From: Vicugna vicugna
Taxonomy: Eukaryota
Reading direction: 5' to 3'
Assembly: GCA_013265495.1 (NCBI GenBank)
Contig: MU059614.1
Span: forward strand, 1,465,601 to 1,529,600
DNA length: 64,000 bases
This document shows positions 13,435 through 25,686 of this stretch, one piece after another. The notes below the pieces were generated by a model, which did not search any database, was not told where the DNA came from, and was given only the letters and a program-made list of their open reading frames with translations. Each line of letters starts with the position of its first letter. The stretch's first letter is position 1. The translations under genes and the position numbers were made by a program.

Positions 13435-13569
13435 GCATGGGCCGATGCCTTTCGGAGCAGCCCCGACCTCACGGGCGTCGTGCACACGTACGAGGAGCTG
13501 AAGCGGAAGGGGGTGGAGTTCCCCACCGCGGACCTGGACGCACTGTCTCCCATACACACCCCGCAGCGG
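13435..13569 (+). CDS. TOM1L2: TOM1L2 exon 5 ([45 protein letters not shown])
   Basis: ccccag|GCA TGG...CAG CGG|gtgagc; 135 nt. Confidence 0.97.
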
Positions 13570-14593
13570 GTGAGCCTCCCCAGCGCCTGTCACGGGCCTC
13601 CTGCGGCCGCCCCATTTGAACTGTTCGGCTTCTCACCAGCTTTCTTGAAGCTCCAGGGTGTTTCTTTTTAATAGTGGAGCGGGGGTGGGGGTGTGCAGTG
13701 CAGGAGCGAGACAGCTGGCAGGCGGTTACGTGGTGGGAGTGCCCCCCCACCGTTGCTCCCTGAGTCTGGAAGAAGATAAAGATGAGTCGGTGCAGTTACT
13801 CTCAGGGAAATGTCTGCTTGGCGGAGCCATCCTGGGAGGGCCTCCGCGCTGCCCTTCAGAGCCGGGTATGGTGTGCGGGCGCCCTCACAGCATCCCTGGC
13901 CACAGGGCAGGGGGCATCTTCCAGGCGTTTCACCGTGCAGCTCAAATGGACGGAAACTTCCATTTGAGCTGAGAGGGTCAGCACCAATCCAGACACCCTT
14001 GAATCCCGTCAGCCTCGGGATTCAAAACCTGGGGAGAGCCCGCTCAGGCCTCCCACAGCCTCGCTCACATCACCGCAGCCCTGCTTCAAAGTGAAAGGTG
14101 CACAGGCAGGGCTGTCCATCCTCTCACGGGGAGGCCGGAAGCTCGGGATCTGGGAAGCACCCGCCCCGCACGCCCGCCACGGGCTGGCCGTTTGCCATCT
14201 CTGAAGTGGGGAGGGTGGGAAGGACAGAGCCATGCAGGGAATTGCACTTCCCAAGTCTTGTTTCGGGGTGAGCCCTCCAGAGCACCAGCTGACACAGGAC
14301 AGCGCTCTGTGTACAAACAGCGTTCGGTAAGTTGTGTAATTACTGTTTGTACTAGTCTCCTCGTAAAGGCCAAAAAGTCATCTTTTGTCACCAAGTAAGG
14401 ATTCCTGACTAGCAAAACTTCATAGCAGCCCCTCCACTCAGATTCTGAGGTGGTCCTAGCGGTGGGACTGTGACCAGGGCTCTGCAGATGGCCGGGTGGG
14501 ACGTGCAGCCCCGGGAGGGGAGTGCCGGGTAGGTGTCAGGCCAGCGGTGGGTGGGAGGCCTGGTGAACAGAAGGCTTTGCTGTTGCCGCACAG

Positions 14594-14728
14594 AGCGTCC
14601 CGGAGGTGGACCCAGCTGCCACCATGCCCAGGTCCCAGTCGCAGCCGAAGACGAGTGCCGGCTCCTACTCTGCTCCTCAGGCCCCGGCTCTGAGTGTGAC
14701 TGGCCCCATCACAGCCAATTCAGAGCAG
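14594..14728 (+). CDS. TOM1L2: TOM1L2 exon 6 (SVPEVDPAATMPRSQSQPKTSAGSYSAPQAPALSVTGPITANSEQ)
   Basis: cacag|AGC GTC...GAG CAG|gtacgt; 135 nt; VHS-GAT linker. Confidence 0.95.
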
Positions 14729-15048
14729 GTACGTACACACTTCTGGGTCACAGGTGAGCAGGCCGACTATGCGCCTTCTACTCCGAGGACACAGGGCACT
14801 GTGCTAGGTGTCGGTGACATGGGTGTCAGGGCCTGGACTCTCTCCTGGTGGCTCGCCGTCGAGTGACAGCGTGGTCACTCCGAGGTGGGAGCAGGGCCCG
14901 AGTGCTGCATGAGCCCAGAGTGGAGGCAGCCTTGGGGGCGGCACTGCTGAGGTGCCTTGCAGGGGGCGGGGCATGGCCCGGGGCATGGAGGGGCGGGGCG
15001 TGTGCTCTGGGAGCGGCAGGTGGATGGCTTGGAGGCTGGGGCAAGGGC

Positions 15049-15080
15049 AGGTCCGGAGGTAGGTCCGGAGGTAGGTCCGG
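15049..15080. repeat. 12-bp tandem repeat (aggtccggaggt) x ~2.7
   Basis: aggtccggaggt aggtccggaggt aggtccgg read directly. Confidence 0.8.
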
Positions 15081-16193
15081 GGCGGGGCAGGTGGAGGGTG
15101 AGCCCCAGAGCCCAGAGATGGAGCTGAGTTGTGAGCGCCCCGGGTGTCCCGCAGAGACGTTTCCATCTTCCTGTGCGAGGTCAGCCCGGGCTGTGGAGGC
15201 AGAGGCCGGCATGGAGCCTTCAGGAAGGGTACTCCTGCTTCACCCCAGACGCTGCCCACCTCCCTAAGCTGTGTCCTCGGGGGGCTGGTCCCGCCCCAGC
15301 CCCAGCCCTGAGCTGTGTCCTCGGGGGCAGGGCTGCCTCAGCCTCAAACTGGATTTTTTTTAGATGAGTCTGAACAATTGTCTTTAGATGAATCTAGAGA
15401 ATTTCCATTAGTAAAAACTTGAGAATTGGTCAGACTTGGAAAAAAAAACCCCAACGTTTATATTTTTTTAATTCTTATTTAACATTTGTGACAAGTAATT
15501 CTTACGGAACCGCATTTGAACAGAGAGGCCTGGGGGCAGCTGAGGGGCAGACCACTCTGCCACGGGGGTCAGTGGGTCAGTCCTGGTGCCACCATTAAGA
15601 AAATGAAAAAAATAAAACACAGAGGGGTCAAGCGATCGCGCTGGTTAACGGAGCACGTGCATGTTTCCCTGCTGCCAGCTTCAAGGAGGGCCATGGTTGG
15701 GCAGGAGGTGGGCTGGGGAGTCAGGCCTGAGCTAGACACCAGCTCTGCTCCTCCCAGGGGACATAGACACCGAGCCTCAGTCTCCTGAGAGCAGGTCGGG
15801 ACATGGATCCCTTGGTAGGGAGCCGGTGGGGTGTCTGCTGCCAGAAGTGCATGGTTCATGCTGGCCAGCCGTCAGAGATCCTAGATTCCCGGCTGGAGTC
15901 TGCAACCACAAGGTTCCTGGATGAGGGTCCTGCCCCACAGGGACCTTGGGGGCCACACTGTCCACCATGTGAACGCACAGAGACAGGGCCTGAGAGGTCC
16001 ACTTCCTGCTGCAGGCCCCACAGTGGGAGAGCCGCTCTCCCCCACGTCCCTGGCAGCAGCCGCAGTGGTAGCCTGGCCCCCCAGTCAGGTCTTTGCCAGC
16101 TGCCCTCACCCTCTCGGGCAGGCGGAGTGAGGCCGTGTCCTGCCAGGCGCAGGCTCACTGGCCTCCCCCGGCCTTCCTCCCCGGCCCCAACAG

Positions 16194-16310
16194 ATCGCCA
16201 GGCTGCGCAGCGAACTAGATGTTGTTCGAGGAAACACAAAAGTCATGTCTGAGATGTTGACAGAAATGGTCCCTGGGCAGGAGGACTCGTCCGATCTGGA
16301 GCTGCTGCAG
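16194..16310 (+). CDS. TOM1L2: TOM1L2 exon 7 (GAT domain, [39 protein letters not shown])
   Basis: caacag|ATC...CTG CAG|gtgagg; 117 nt. Confidence 0.97.
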
Positions 16311-16499
16311 GTGAGGGGCCTCGTCTTGTGGAAGCTCCGGGCCAGGGGCACGCAGGGAGGTGGGAGGTGGGGTGGGGTTGGGGCACTGTCCTCGAGAGGG
16401 GTTGAGCCCGTGTGGCCCACGCTTGGCCCCACAGCCCTGGGGGCCCTCAGAGTCCAGTCCCAGGCTCTCTTTTCTTTATTGTCCTTAAACACAGTTTTT

Positions 16500-16595
16500 G
16501 GGGGTGTGGGAGTAGCTCAGTGGCAGAGAATATGCTTAGCACGTGTGAGGTCCTGGGCTCAATCCCCAGTACCTCTGTTCTAAACAAAACAAAAC
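16500..16595 (+). mobile_element. tRNA-derived SINE (camelid Vic-1-like)
   Basis: GGGG start, A-box TAGCTCAGTGG, degenerate B-box GGCTCAATCC, A-rich tail aaacaaaacaaaac; family assignment from memory. Confidence 0.75.
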
Positions 16596-16649
16596 TCTTT
16601 GTGCTGATTAGAAAGTGCCAGTTGCAGAATACATGCCTTTTGAAAGAAA

Positions 16650-16815
16650 AAGAAAGTCAAAGAAGAAAATAATAATCTTCTTTAGTCCCAGGGTCCACAG
16701 ATAAGCACATCTTTTCTTTCCGACGCTTTCCCATGTTTATTTCAAATGTGGGTGAGATGATATCCCGTGCTCGATTCTGCACATCTCTGTTCACCCAACA
16801 TTACATCACAAATGC
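16650..16815 (-). mobile_element. Ancient L1ME-like 3' fragment
   Basis: aataatcttctttagtccc...cagataagcac...gagatgatatccc...ttcacccaacattacatc resembles a decayed L1ME 3' end. Confidence 0.4.
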
Positions 16816-19800
16816 ATGAGGGACCTTCAGCCTTCCCTGCGCGTGGGGTGAAGCAGGGGACCCTTTCCTTTTCCTGGCGCTGCGGGTTCCCAGGCTGATT
16901 GCCCACATCGTGGTTCCTGAGGCTCCGTAGCTAACAGGATGCCCTGTAGACCCAGGAACCTGGCACAAAAGGGCCCAGGAGCAAGGCTGGCCTGCGGGGA
17001 CCCTGCCCCAGGCCCCACTTCCGGGTCCACCAGACCCAGAGCTATCCCCACCCTGGCTCAGACACTCCGGCGTCTGTGGGAAGTGGCAGTGGCACTGCCC
17101 TCAGAAGCAGTGACCTTCTGGAGGGGGAGAGGGTTCTGGGAGGCCTGGGGCTGTCTCTCCAGCAGGAGGTGGGGCAGGTGGGCGTGGCAGGGCTGCCGGG
17201 CTCTGTCCCCTGAGGGCCACACTGCACTCTGCTTCAGGCTTGCCCCGCCCCCCCCCCCAGGGCTGGGCAGGTCCCTGCTGCTTGTCTGCACCTCAGGGGA
17301 TGAGGGTGGGCGGAGGCCTGCTCTGGGCCCCCCTCCCCCCCCTCCCCCCACACAGAGAGAGCCCAGGGATGTATGGGCCGTGGTCCCTGGTCCAGAGATG
17401 TTCACAGCAGGCAACCCATCTCCCAACACGAGGAGGGCCTCCCAGCCACAGCCGGGCTAGGACAAGTCCCATGTGCAGGTGCCACACTCTGGGGCGCCGG
17501 CAAGACATCATCCATCGCTACCGCATCAGCCTCCATCCCTGGCTTTCAGGGGCTCTTCCAGGCATCCCTCGAGGCACAGGAATCTGAGATGAGTCCCCAG
17601 ACAGTCCAGAAACCCAGCGGGCCTCTGGAGGCAGCTCTGTGCTGTGTCAGCATCAGAGCTCCTGCTGACAGGGGTTTGCAGTGGACGGAGCTGAGCTCCT
17701 GGCCGCAGGAGGAGCAGAACAAAGCCAGTGTGCGGCAGACGGCCCAAGCCACCCAGACAGCAGGCACCCCTGTGTGCGTGTGCATGCACGTGTGTGTGCG
17801 TGTGTGTGTACACAAGCCCGTCAGCCAAGACAAACGGAACCTGATCCCTGGGCCTCAGCTCACAGTTTTCAAAAATAGGTTGCTTCCCATGACATTTCCC
17901 TTCCCTCTGTTTTATTCCGATTCCAAGCCGACCCACCTTCATGCTGTCGTATAAGTCAGAGGGAGGGCAGTGCTGGGCGCCAGTTGGAGGCTGTCCTTCC
18001 GACCTAGGAGGCTCAGGGGCGGGCAGCTCGATGTGAACAGACACGGCTCTTCAGGCCGCTGGCCTCGCTCCTCCATCATTCTCGACATTGGCCTCCTTCC
18101 CTCCACAGTCGGCAGCTGGCCAGGCGGGGTTTCCCAGGGGTCACTCGGGGCAGCACTGAACAGCAAGCTTCCGCTTGGGAAAAATGCCACGATCTGCTTG
18201 GAAAGGGACGGGGTCCGACTGTGCCCTGAGGACCCCTCTGTCGAGCTGGAGAGCGGCCAGATCGCTTTGGGTAGAAGCTGGCCAGGGCTATGGAAGCAAA
18301 TGCATTTGTCACGATCCCAAGTGGTCACACCGTCGGAAGCGGCTCCCAACTTGAGTGTAAATTGCTGGGCAAGAGGCAGAGGAAGTGTGGAGGGGAGACT
18401 GGAGGTGTCGGCAAGGATGCCCGCCGCCGCGGCTTCCTGCCACTGCACGGTGCTTCCAGGGGTGGCCCGTTCTGCAGTCTGCAGAGCGGCAGGAACACTG
18501 GGCAGGGTGGGCGAGGGGCACTGAGTCCCCCGGGACAGTGTGGTGGGACGTCCCTGGGAAGGTGGCGGATTCCCTCTGAGCTGGGGGGACCCACCCGGCA
18601 GCTGGTCCAGCTCCTCCTTGTGCTGCCTCCCCCACCGCCTGCCTGTCGTTCCCTGGAGGCCTGTCTGTCTCCACACGGAACAGACTTTGGGAAGCAGCAC
18701 AAGCAGCAGGAAGAGCCACAGCTTGGGCGCCCCTGGGGTCATGTCCTGACGTTAGGCAGGTCACCTCACCTCAGAGCCTGGGGTGATCTCTCACCGCGGA
18801 AGGACTGGGCATCGTCTGGTGAATGAGCTATAGTGTGGGTGCAGCCGTCGGAGCCACTGTGACCACAGGCTGCTCCCCTTCCACGCACGGAGCTGAAGGC
18901 TGCCTCCTGGGACTCTGCCCTGGTCTGTCTGCTTGACCTGCAGCAGAAAACAAATTACTCTGTCATGTGGTGGGTCCTTAATACTTGCCAGTGGCCACCA
19001 GCCCCTCCCACGGCCCAGTCTCTACACGGTGCTAGCTTGGCTGTTGGCATCGTCCCCACAGGTCAGCCAGGGGGTTCTCAGCAGGAGGCAGCGCTGGGAA
19101 ACCGAGAACTTCCATCCACTGAAGACTGTCCACCTCCCTCGCCAGCTGTTCAGCCTCGTCTTCCTCGTCGTGGGTGTGGGCACACTGGGTCCTGCCTGAA
19201 ATTTGAGACTGCCTCCCTGGGGGCTGGAGTTCTCGCCCTTAGCTGCGCCTGGGAGTCCAGCTTTCGGGATCTGTAAAGATCGCAGTGCCATTGTCTGTGC
19301 CCTCGGCTGCTCCCAGATTCCTCTCCAGCTGTGTCTTTACTTACTACCTGAGCCGGCTGTGCCTGACACGGGCATCCATTCCTGGCCACCCCTCATGCCC
19401 TGTAAGAAGCCCTGGCCCACGTTGTCTCTCGGGTGGCAGGTGCCTCTTACGTCTCACTTCAACAAAAACCAGGATGATGGCACCATTTCCTCAAGAGAAA
19501 TCTCATTTATTCCGCGTGTTTAGCCCGTTCGTCCCCTTTCTCTTCAGCAAAGACGTTCTCTCGCTCCCTCCCCTTTGCAGCTGTAGAAGACAGGTCCTCG
19601 GGACCTCACTCCGCCCCTTAGAACTTGGAGAGGGTTCAAAGGAGACCTGTAAGGAAGATGAGAAGACGGTTTTGCAAGGTGGGGATGAGAACGTCCCTTG
19701 GAGAAAAGATAAAAGCGCTGGGATTAATTAGACTAGAAAAGAGGCTATTCTGTAAGATGCTCTGAGGAATGGAGGGCTTGTGCACAGAGTGGTGACCAGC

Positions 19801-21123
19801 TGGTCTCCCCTTCGTTGAGAACCAGACGCAGGGAGGCCAGGCTGAGACCTTCTGTGTCTGGGAAGTTCCTGCCCCAGCTGTTGCCAGGTGGAGGGGGAGC
19901 TGGGCCGGCCATGGCTCCCAGTGTCTCGGGACCAGGAGAAGGCGCCCAGCTGGGTGTGCAGAGGTGGTGTGAGGCAGGGGAGGGTCTCCCCGCTGAGCCA
20001 GCAGTGTGGTCAGCCGGTGGGTGGCGGGGGCGGCAGGAATCTTCACACTCTGGTCCTCCTCTCCTATTCCGTCTCTTTTTTTCCTTCCTGTTTAATATTT
20101 TTTAAAGACAGTAACTTAAAAGGTTGAAGCAAGGAGAAGGTAAAACTTTCTGTAGAGACCCCTGATTCATGATGAGACCCTCCAGGCCTGTGTTTCGGCA
20201 AAGCTCCTGGGGGGGCCCCTGGGTGCTGGTCCAGGCGGTCCTGCCCAGCACCCCAGCCGAAGGCCACAGGAGGGAGGCCACGTTCTGGGCCCTCGGGTGT
20301 CATCCCGCCTCCAGGCGAGGCCTGAGAAATCACCTAGTGCTTCCCAAACATTCGGGAAAGTCACGGAGCCCTTCCTCCACAAGAGAAGCTGCGGTGTTTG
20401 CACACAGTGTTCAGCACACACGGAAGCAGACCCACCCTGGCTGCTGGGGGGCCCGGGCAGAGCGTCACCTCTTCCCAGCCCTGGCCCTTCATCCCGCTCT
20501 GGGAGAGAGGCCCAAACAGCTAATGATCAGTCACAGTTGCCTGCTGCCTGCCACAGGGCCCGTGCCCACAGGGAGGCCGGGCCCAGCCCTGCCCTCTCCT
20601 GCTTCAGGTGGGAGCTTCAGGTGTGTGCAGCCTGCGGAGGGTCGACCTGGTTCTCCTCTGGATCGGGGCGCCGGGCTTCCGCTGTTTGGGGTGGGCTGGA
20701 CCGGTCTTCCCTTTCTGGAGGCGGAGGCGCCCTGGGCGGTCTGGGGCGGCTGGGGAGTCGGTGTGTTCGTTGGCAACCCCAGAAAACACCTGAGATGCGC
20801 TATGGTCCGCAGAGGATGAGGCCAGCCTGTCCCAAGTGACAGGAAGGCCTGTGGGGCTTTTGTGCAGGAGGAAAAGCAGGTGCGGGTTCACGTACTCAGG
20901 CTTTGTAGACGGTTTGTACAGACGTGCTCTGCGCCCGCGGCGTCTGTCTCCGGAGGAAGCCCCGCCTCGGGCGGGGGAGGCGGGGAGGGGCTTCCACCTG
21001 CCTCTAGCACACTTGTGGGCTTTGTGGACGACCCCCTTGGTGGCTTCTCGGATTGAGCACGCGTCTTTGGAAAGCACGCGGAGGCAGGCGGAAGCGTGGG
21101 GGTAGCAGGCGCTTGTCCCCTAG

Positions 21124-21257
21124 GAGCTGCACAGGACCTGCCGCGCCATGCAGCGGCGCATCGTGGAGCTCGTCTCCCGCGTGTGCAACGAGGAGGTCAC
21201 GGAGGAGCTGCTGCACGTCAACGACGACCTCAACAACGTCTTCCTCCGATACGAGAG
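21124..21257 (+). CDS. TOM1L2: TOM1L2 exon 8 (GAT domain, [45 protein letters not shown])
   Basis: cctag|GAG...GAG AG|gtgggc; 134 nt. Confidence 0.97.
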
Positions 21258-21271
21258 GTGGGCGGGGCGGG

Positions 21272-21338
21272 NNNNNNNNNNNNNNNNNNNNNNNNNNNNN
21301 NNNNNNNNNNNNNNNNNNNNNNNNNNNNNNNNNNNNNN
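21272..21338. other. Assembly gap (67 N)
   Basis: Run of n, preceded by G-rich ggcggggcggg. Confidence 1.
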
Positions 21339-22693
21339 TCGCGGGTCAGGCCTTGCTCCGTGAGCTGCAGGCCGCCCCCCCCCCCCGGGAGGGAGGACCG
21401 GGCACCGGCTGCAGCTCCTGCGCCTGCGCCTCTGACGGCCCTCTGCGCGGGAAAAGGACTGACGGGGAAAGTCTCCACCGAGGGAAGAAGATTTGCTCTT
21501 ACCCCCTCTTTAAGAGAGCAAGATCTCTCGCTTCTCTGGATGTTCAGAGGCAGGCGGGGTGCGGGCCAGATGTCAGGGTGCTGCTGCTGCTGCGGGAACA
21601 CAGTGACTCTCGCTCTCCTGCAGCCAAATCCTTTTTGGGTTCGAGGCAGCAAACATGCATATACCTTTCCCTTCCCCATGTGGTGCCCGGGCAGTGTTCC
21701 CGGGGGCGGGTTGACAGCAGGCAGGTTCTGCCGGTCGCTCTGATGGGCGGCCGCCCCTGAAAGCGCCCCACCAGGCCAGCCTTCTCCCGTGGGCCAGGCC
21801 CGGACACCCCCTCTCAGGGCTGTCGGCTGACGGCTGCTGTCCTGGCATTCCAGATGCTCGCCTCTGGGACCTTGGAGGGTGACTTGGCGGAGGCTGCCAC
21901 AACTCTGGGCTTTTCTCAGCTTCGACTGAGGCGGTTGGGGTGGGTGGCCGGTGTCGGTCTGATGGATGAAGAGACCTCGGCGTAAGGATTTAGCCGTCCC
22001 AGCCCGTGGGGGAACAGGAGCAGACACCAGCACCTGTGGTCTTGCGGGGCGGTCCAGTCCCTCTGCCCTGAATGGGCTGCCTTTCACCTGCTAGAGCCAC
22101 ACGGCCCTTCTGGCGCGGGCATTTTCGGCCCCAGTGTCACAGTTCAAGCAGAGCCGGGGCCAGGGGGCCTCTGTTGAGACCACTTGTCCGTCACAGAGGG
22201 CTGGGGAGGTGCTTCAGCCTTGGAAAGTCTCAGGGGGCCTCTGGGCACTTGCTCCTTTAGACACTGAGGACAAAGCACAGCCCTGCAGGCATCACCCAGG
22301 TGTCCCCCCGGGGTCCCCCTCAGCAGGCGCTGACCCCAGCGAGGGTGCAGACTGATGTTGAGCAGGGGTCTCAGCAGAACCCCAGCTGGAGAACCCCAGG
22401 GGCTGCGGTGCCTGCCTGGCCCTCAGAGGGACCCCAGCCTCCCCTCCAGGTCAGAGGAGCACACGGCCCGGGCTGCGAGGGGCGGCGGGGGGAGCTTCTG
22501 CTGGCCGCCTGGATGTGCCAGCTGACACCTGCTCCAGGGATCCCCATGGGGTGGCAGGCACAGCGAAGGAGGTGGGCCTGGTTGGTCTCCTTTCCTGGAG
22601 CTGGGTCTCTGCTGGCCACCTGCCCTCGGTCTCCAGAAGCTCCTGGGGCCAGGGCTTCCCTCCCCTCTCACTCTGCCCTCCCTTCCCCGTCAG

Positions 22694-22742
22694 GTTCGAG
22701 CGGTACAGGTCGGGCCGATCCGCACAGAATGCCAGCAATGGG
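22694..22742 (+). CDS. TOM1L2: TOM1L2 exon 9 (FERYRSGRSAQNASNG)
   Basis: gtcag|G TTC...AAT GGG|gtgagt; 49 nt. Confidence 0.96.
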
Positions 22743-23018
22743 GTGAGTATTCCTTCAGGACTCTCGCCTCCAGGGCCAGGACACCTGCCTTGGTTTGGCC
22801 TCACCTCCGGTTTCTCTAACTGGGGTGAAAAATATTTGGGTGATGGAAGAGCAGGCTCTGGTGATGGGGTCCCATGAGGCGCTGGTGGCACGTCCCTGGC
22901 GGGAGGGTGACGGCTCCCGGGACCTCCCTGTCCTGGTGACTGAGGCAGCCCCACCTCGCTAGGGTGCGGGGGTGGCCTGTGGGCTGGGCTTGCTCACCAG
23001 GCCCACATGCCCTGACAG

Positions 23019-23142
23019 GTGCTGAGTGAAGTGACAGAGGACAACCTCATAGACCTGGGGCCGGGGTCTCCAGCCGTGGTGAGCCCCACCGTAGGGAGCA
23101 CGGCGCCCCCGTCTTCCCTCTCCTCCCAGCTGGCGGGCTTGG
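23019..23142 (+). CDS. TOM1L2: TOM1L2 exon 10 ([41 protein letters not shown]; clathrin-box LIDLG)
   Basis: gacag|GTG...TTG G|gtgagt; 124 nt. Confidence 0.96.
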
Positions 23143-23874
23143 GTGAGTGTCTCTAGCCCTTCTCTCTGTGCAAGGCCTGAGAGAGCCCTGCAGGGGGTCC
23201 GTGGGGAAGCTTGTTTCCAGGCCCAGCTTCAGTTCAAAACTTCTTCCCCCGAACTTAAAGTTTAAATCTGTGTTGGAAAGCCAGGGTTGGGGCAGGCCCA
23301 AGGAACGGGAAGCTGCTTGCTTCTTAAAGAAAGGTGGCGGCTGTGTTGTATCTGGAATATTCCCTGTGGTTGAAGTGATTTCCTTCTCAGTGTCAATCAG
23401 GCCAAGGGTGGCTAATAGATTTCAGTTCATTGGGTGCTAGACACAAGGGTCCAGGAAGGGTGCCGAGGCCACATCAGGGCTTGGGCAACACGCTCTGGCT
23501 GCCTGATGGTGTCAGCTGCGTGCAGAAGCAGGAAGGGGTTTGCGTCCTCGAAGCAGCATCAGCAAAAGTGCTGCATCCTCTGGAGCCTGAAACAGAGACG
23601 CCGCTTTTCCACAGTTCATTGCCTTCAAGGTGTGGGTGCGACTTGAGGTCTTACACTTGCGGGATGGTGCCAATCTATAAAAATAAAGCTGCGGTTTTGA
23701 AATAATTAATGAGCGTGACCCTCTCCAAATCTGTCCTCTACCCTGCTTTTCTGTTTTCTTTTTTCTTAATATCTGTATTTCTACTTTCACTTCATTTCAG
23801 TTGAATTGAGCTTTTATTTAGTGCCCTGTCAGTTACTGTAACTCTGGCTTCTCGGTGTCTCATGTCTGTAGCCA

Positions 23875-24190
23875 TAGGTTTCCCTGCTCTCAGCCCACCC
23901 AGCACGTGGCCACCAGGTTTAATTCTTAAAATTCACATTGAATTCTGCTGCCTCCTCTCTTTAAAAAGTCAAGTGTTTTTCCATCAGCTCCTTTACCTGG
24001 TGTTTGAGGCCTCATCCTCTGTGGCTCTCTCTCTGTGAGCCCCGTTCACATCACACCCTGGGCTCCCTGGCCCTGCACCCCTTACCCCTCACCCGCAGCC
24101 CAGGCCCCTGGTCCTGTGGCAGCTTCCAGCCTCTCCAGTGCCTCCAGCTAAGTTCTTGTCTCCGTCTGTTCCCTGACCCTGGGTACCCTG
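23875..24190 (+). mobile_element. L2 LINE fragment
   Basis: ccaccaggtttaattcttaaaattcaca...ctcctttacctggtgtttgaggcctcat... pyrimidine-rich L2-like 3' region; boundaries approximate. Confidence 0.45.
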
Positions 24191-24502
24191 GAGGCCGAGA
24201 GCCACATCAGATTCACTCTGGTCCAGGCAGGGTTGGGCTCTGAACGCACAGGCGCCTGTGGAATCCTTGTCAAATAAACGACCAGGTCCTCAGCTGTGAC
24301 CAGCCACCCGGAGTGCCCTGGGGAGGCCGGAGCCTGTGGGCCCGCCTTCTCGCCCCCGCTGGTTCCTGAGCGGCTTGAGGGTCCTTGGCTCTCCCCTCTC
24401 TCTTCTGCCCCCTCCGCCCAGAACTTCACCCCACCTGGGTGGCCCTTCACCACATCAGATCCACATTCGTTCCTGTCACCCCCCCTTGTTCTCTTGTCAC
24501 AG

Positions 24503-24620
24503 ACCTGGGGACAGAGAGCGTCAGCGGCACCCTCAGTTCCCTGCAGCAGTGCAACCCCCGGGACAGCTTTGACATGTTTGCCCAGACGAGAGGGAGCTCC
24601 TTGGCTGAGCAACACAAGAC
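24503..24620 (+). CDS. TOM1L2: TOM1L2 exon 11 (DLGTESVSGTLSSLQQCNPRDSFDMFAQTRGSSLAEQHKT)
   Basis: cacag|AC CTG...AAG AC|gtacgt; 118 nt. Confidence 0.96.
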
Positions 24621-25610
24621 GTACGTGGGGACCCTGTCGAAGGCTCTCGGGAGACCCTGGGGGGTGATTGACCCCCGTCTGGCCCCACACTAGCACGAGA
24701 GGTCTTTTGTTCGCCGGGTCCAGGACCTCTGAGAACTCTAAACTCTGGCTGTTGGGACTTGTCGGTAGGCGCGACGTGGAATGGGGGCCAGCACTCCACT
24801 GTGGGGCATGTGTCACGGCTCCTCCGCCAGTCACAGGAGTGGAGGGGGCTCTGCTGTTCTCTCTGCTGCCTCGTGACCTCGTCTGCCGGCAGGCAGGGCC
24901 CCCTGGGGTGCAGGCAGGGCTTCCCCGACAGCAGCTCTGAGCACCGTGAGCCATGTGGATGTGGGGTAGTCGAATCCAGAATCCACAGCCCCTGCAGCTC
25001 TCTAGAACCCACTTTCAGCTTTCTGTCCAGCCTAAAGGCAGGTGAGGGACACCGTTCCCCACCTCCCCAGGGACCCAATGTCTTGACACATGGAGGTCTC
25101 TGAGCCCCGTGCTCAGGACTCAGCGGTGGACCAGAAACCCAGGGCCTCATGCGCCCTTCAGCAAAAGCTGCTTTCAGAGTGATCCAGCGGAGGACGTCGG
25201 GGAGCAGAAGACAGCAGACCCGACCCCAGACCCTGAGACCAGCTTCCTTGTCAGATGTTGCTCAGGCTGTGCTTCTAAAACAAGGATTAATACCGCCTTT
25301 CCTCTGTCCAGCCCCTCCTTCTAAGCAGTGTCAGGGCACTTCTGCCGTCCTGCCGTTGCACCGTAGAGATGCCCGTGCTGTTACTTAGAAGAGGCACAGT
25401 GAGGTGCAGAGTCCCGACCCTGGAGGAAGGGCTGGCTGAGCCTGTGCTCAAACCCTGGCCTCTGGCTTCAGCTACGGCCGAAACGCTGAGGCCATGGGCA
25501 GCATTGTGCTGAGTGCTTGTGAGGAAGGAGGAAGGGGCTGTAGACGGGAAGTGACTGCAAGTCATTGCCCGTCCCCTGTGACCTTCCTGCTGGTGCTGTT
25601 TCATCTCCAG

Positions 25611-25686
25611 GGTCACCTACGAGGACCCCCAGGCTGTCGGAGGACTTGCCTCTGCACTAGACAGTCGGAAACAGAGCTCCGAAGTG
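25611..25686 (+). CDS. TOM1L2: TOM1L2 exon 12 (VTYEDPQAVGGLASALDSRKQSSEV)
   Basis: ctccag|G GTC...GAA GTG|gtaggt; 76 nt; ends in phase 0. Confidence 0.96.

Noticed and set aside
16500-16595. Possible tRNA-Ala gene
   Set aside because: Degenerate B-box, no proper acceptor-stem closure, A-rich tail: a SINE, not a tRNA
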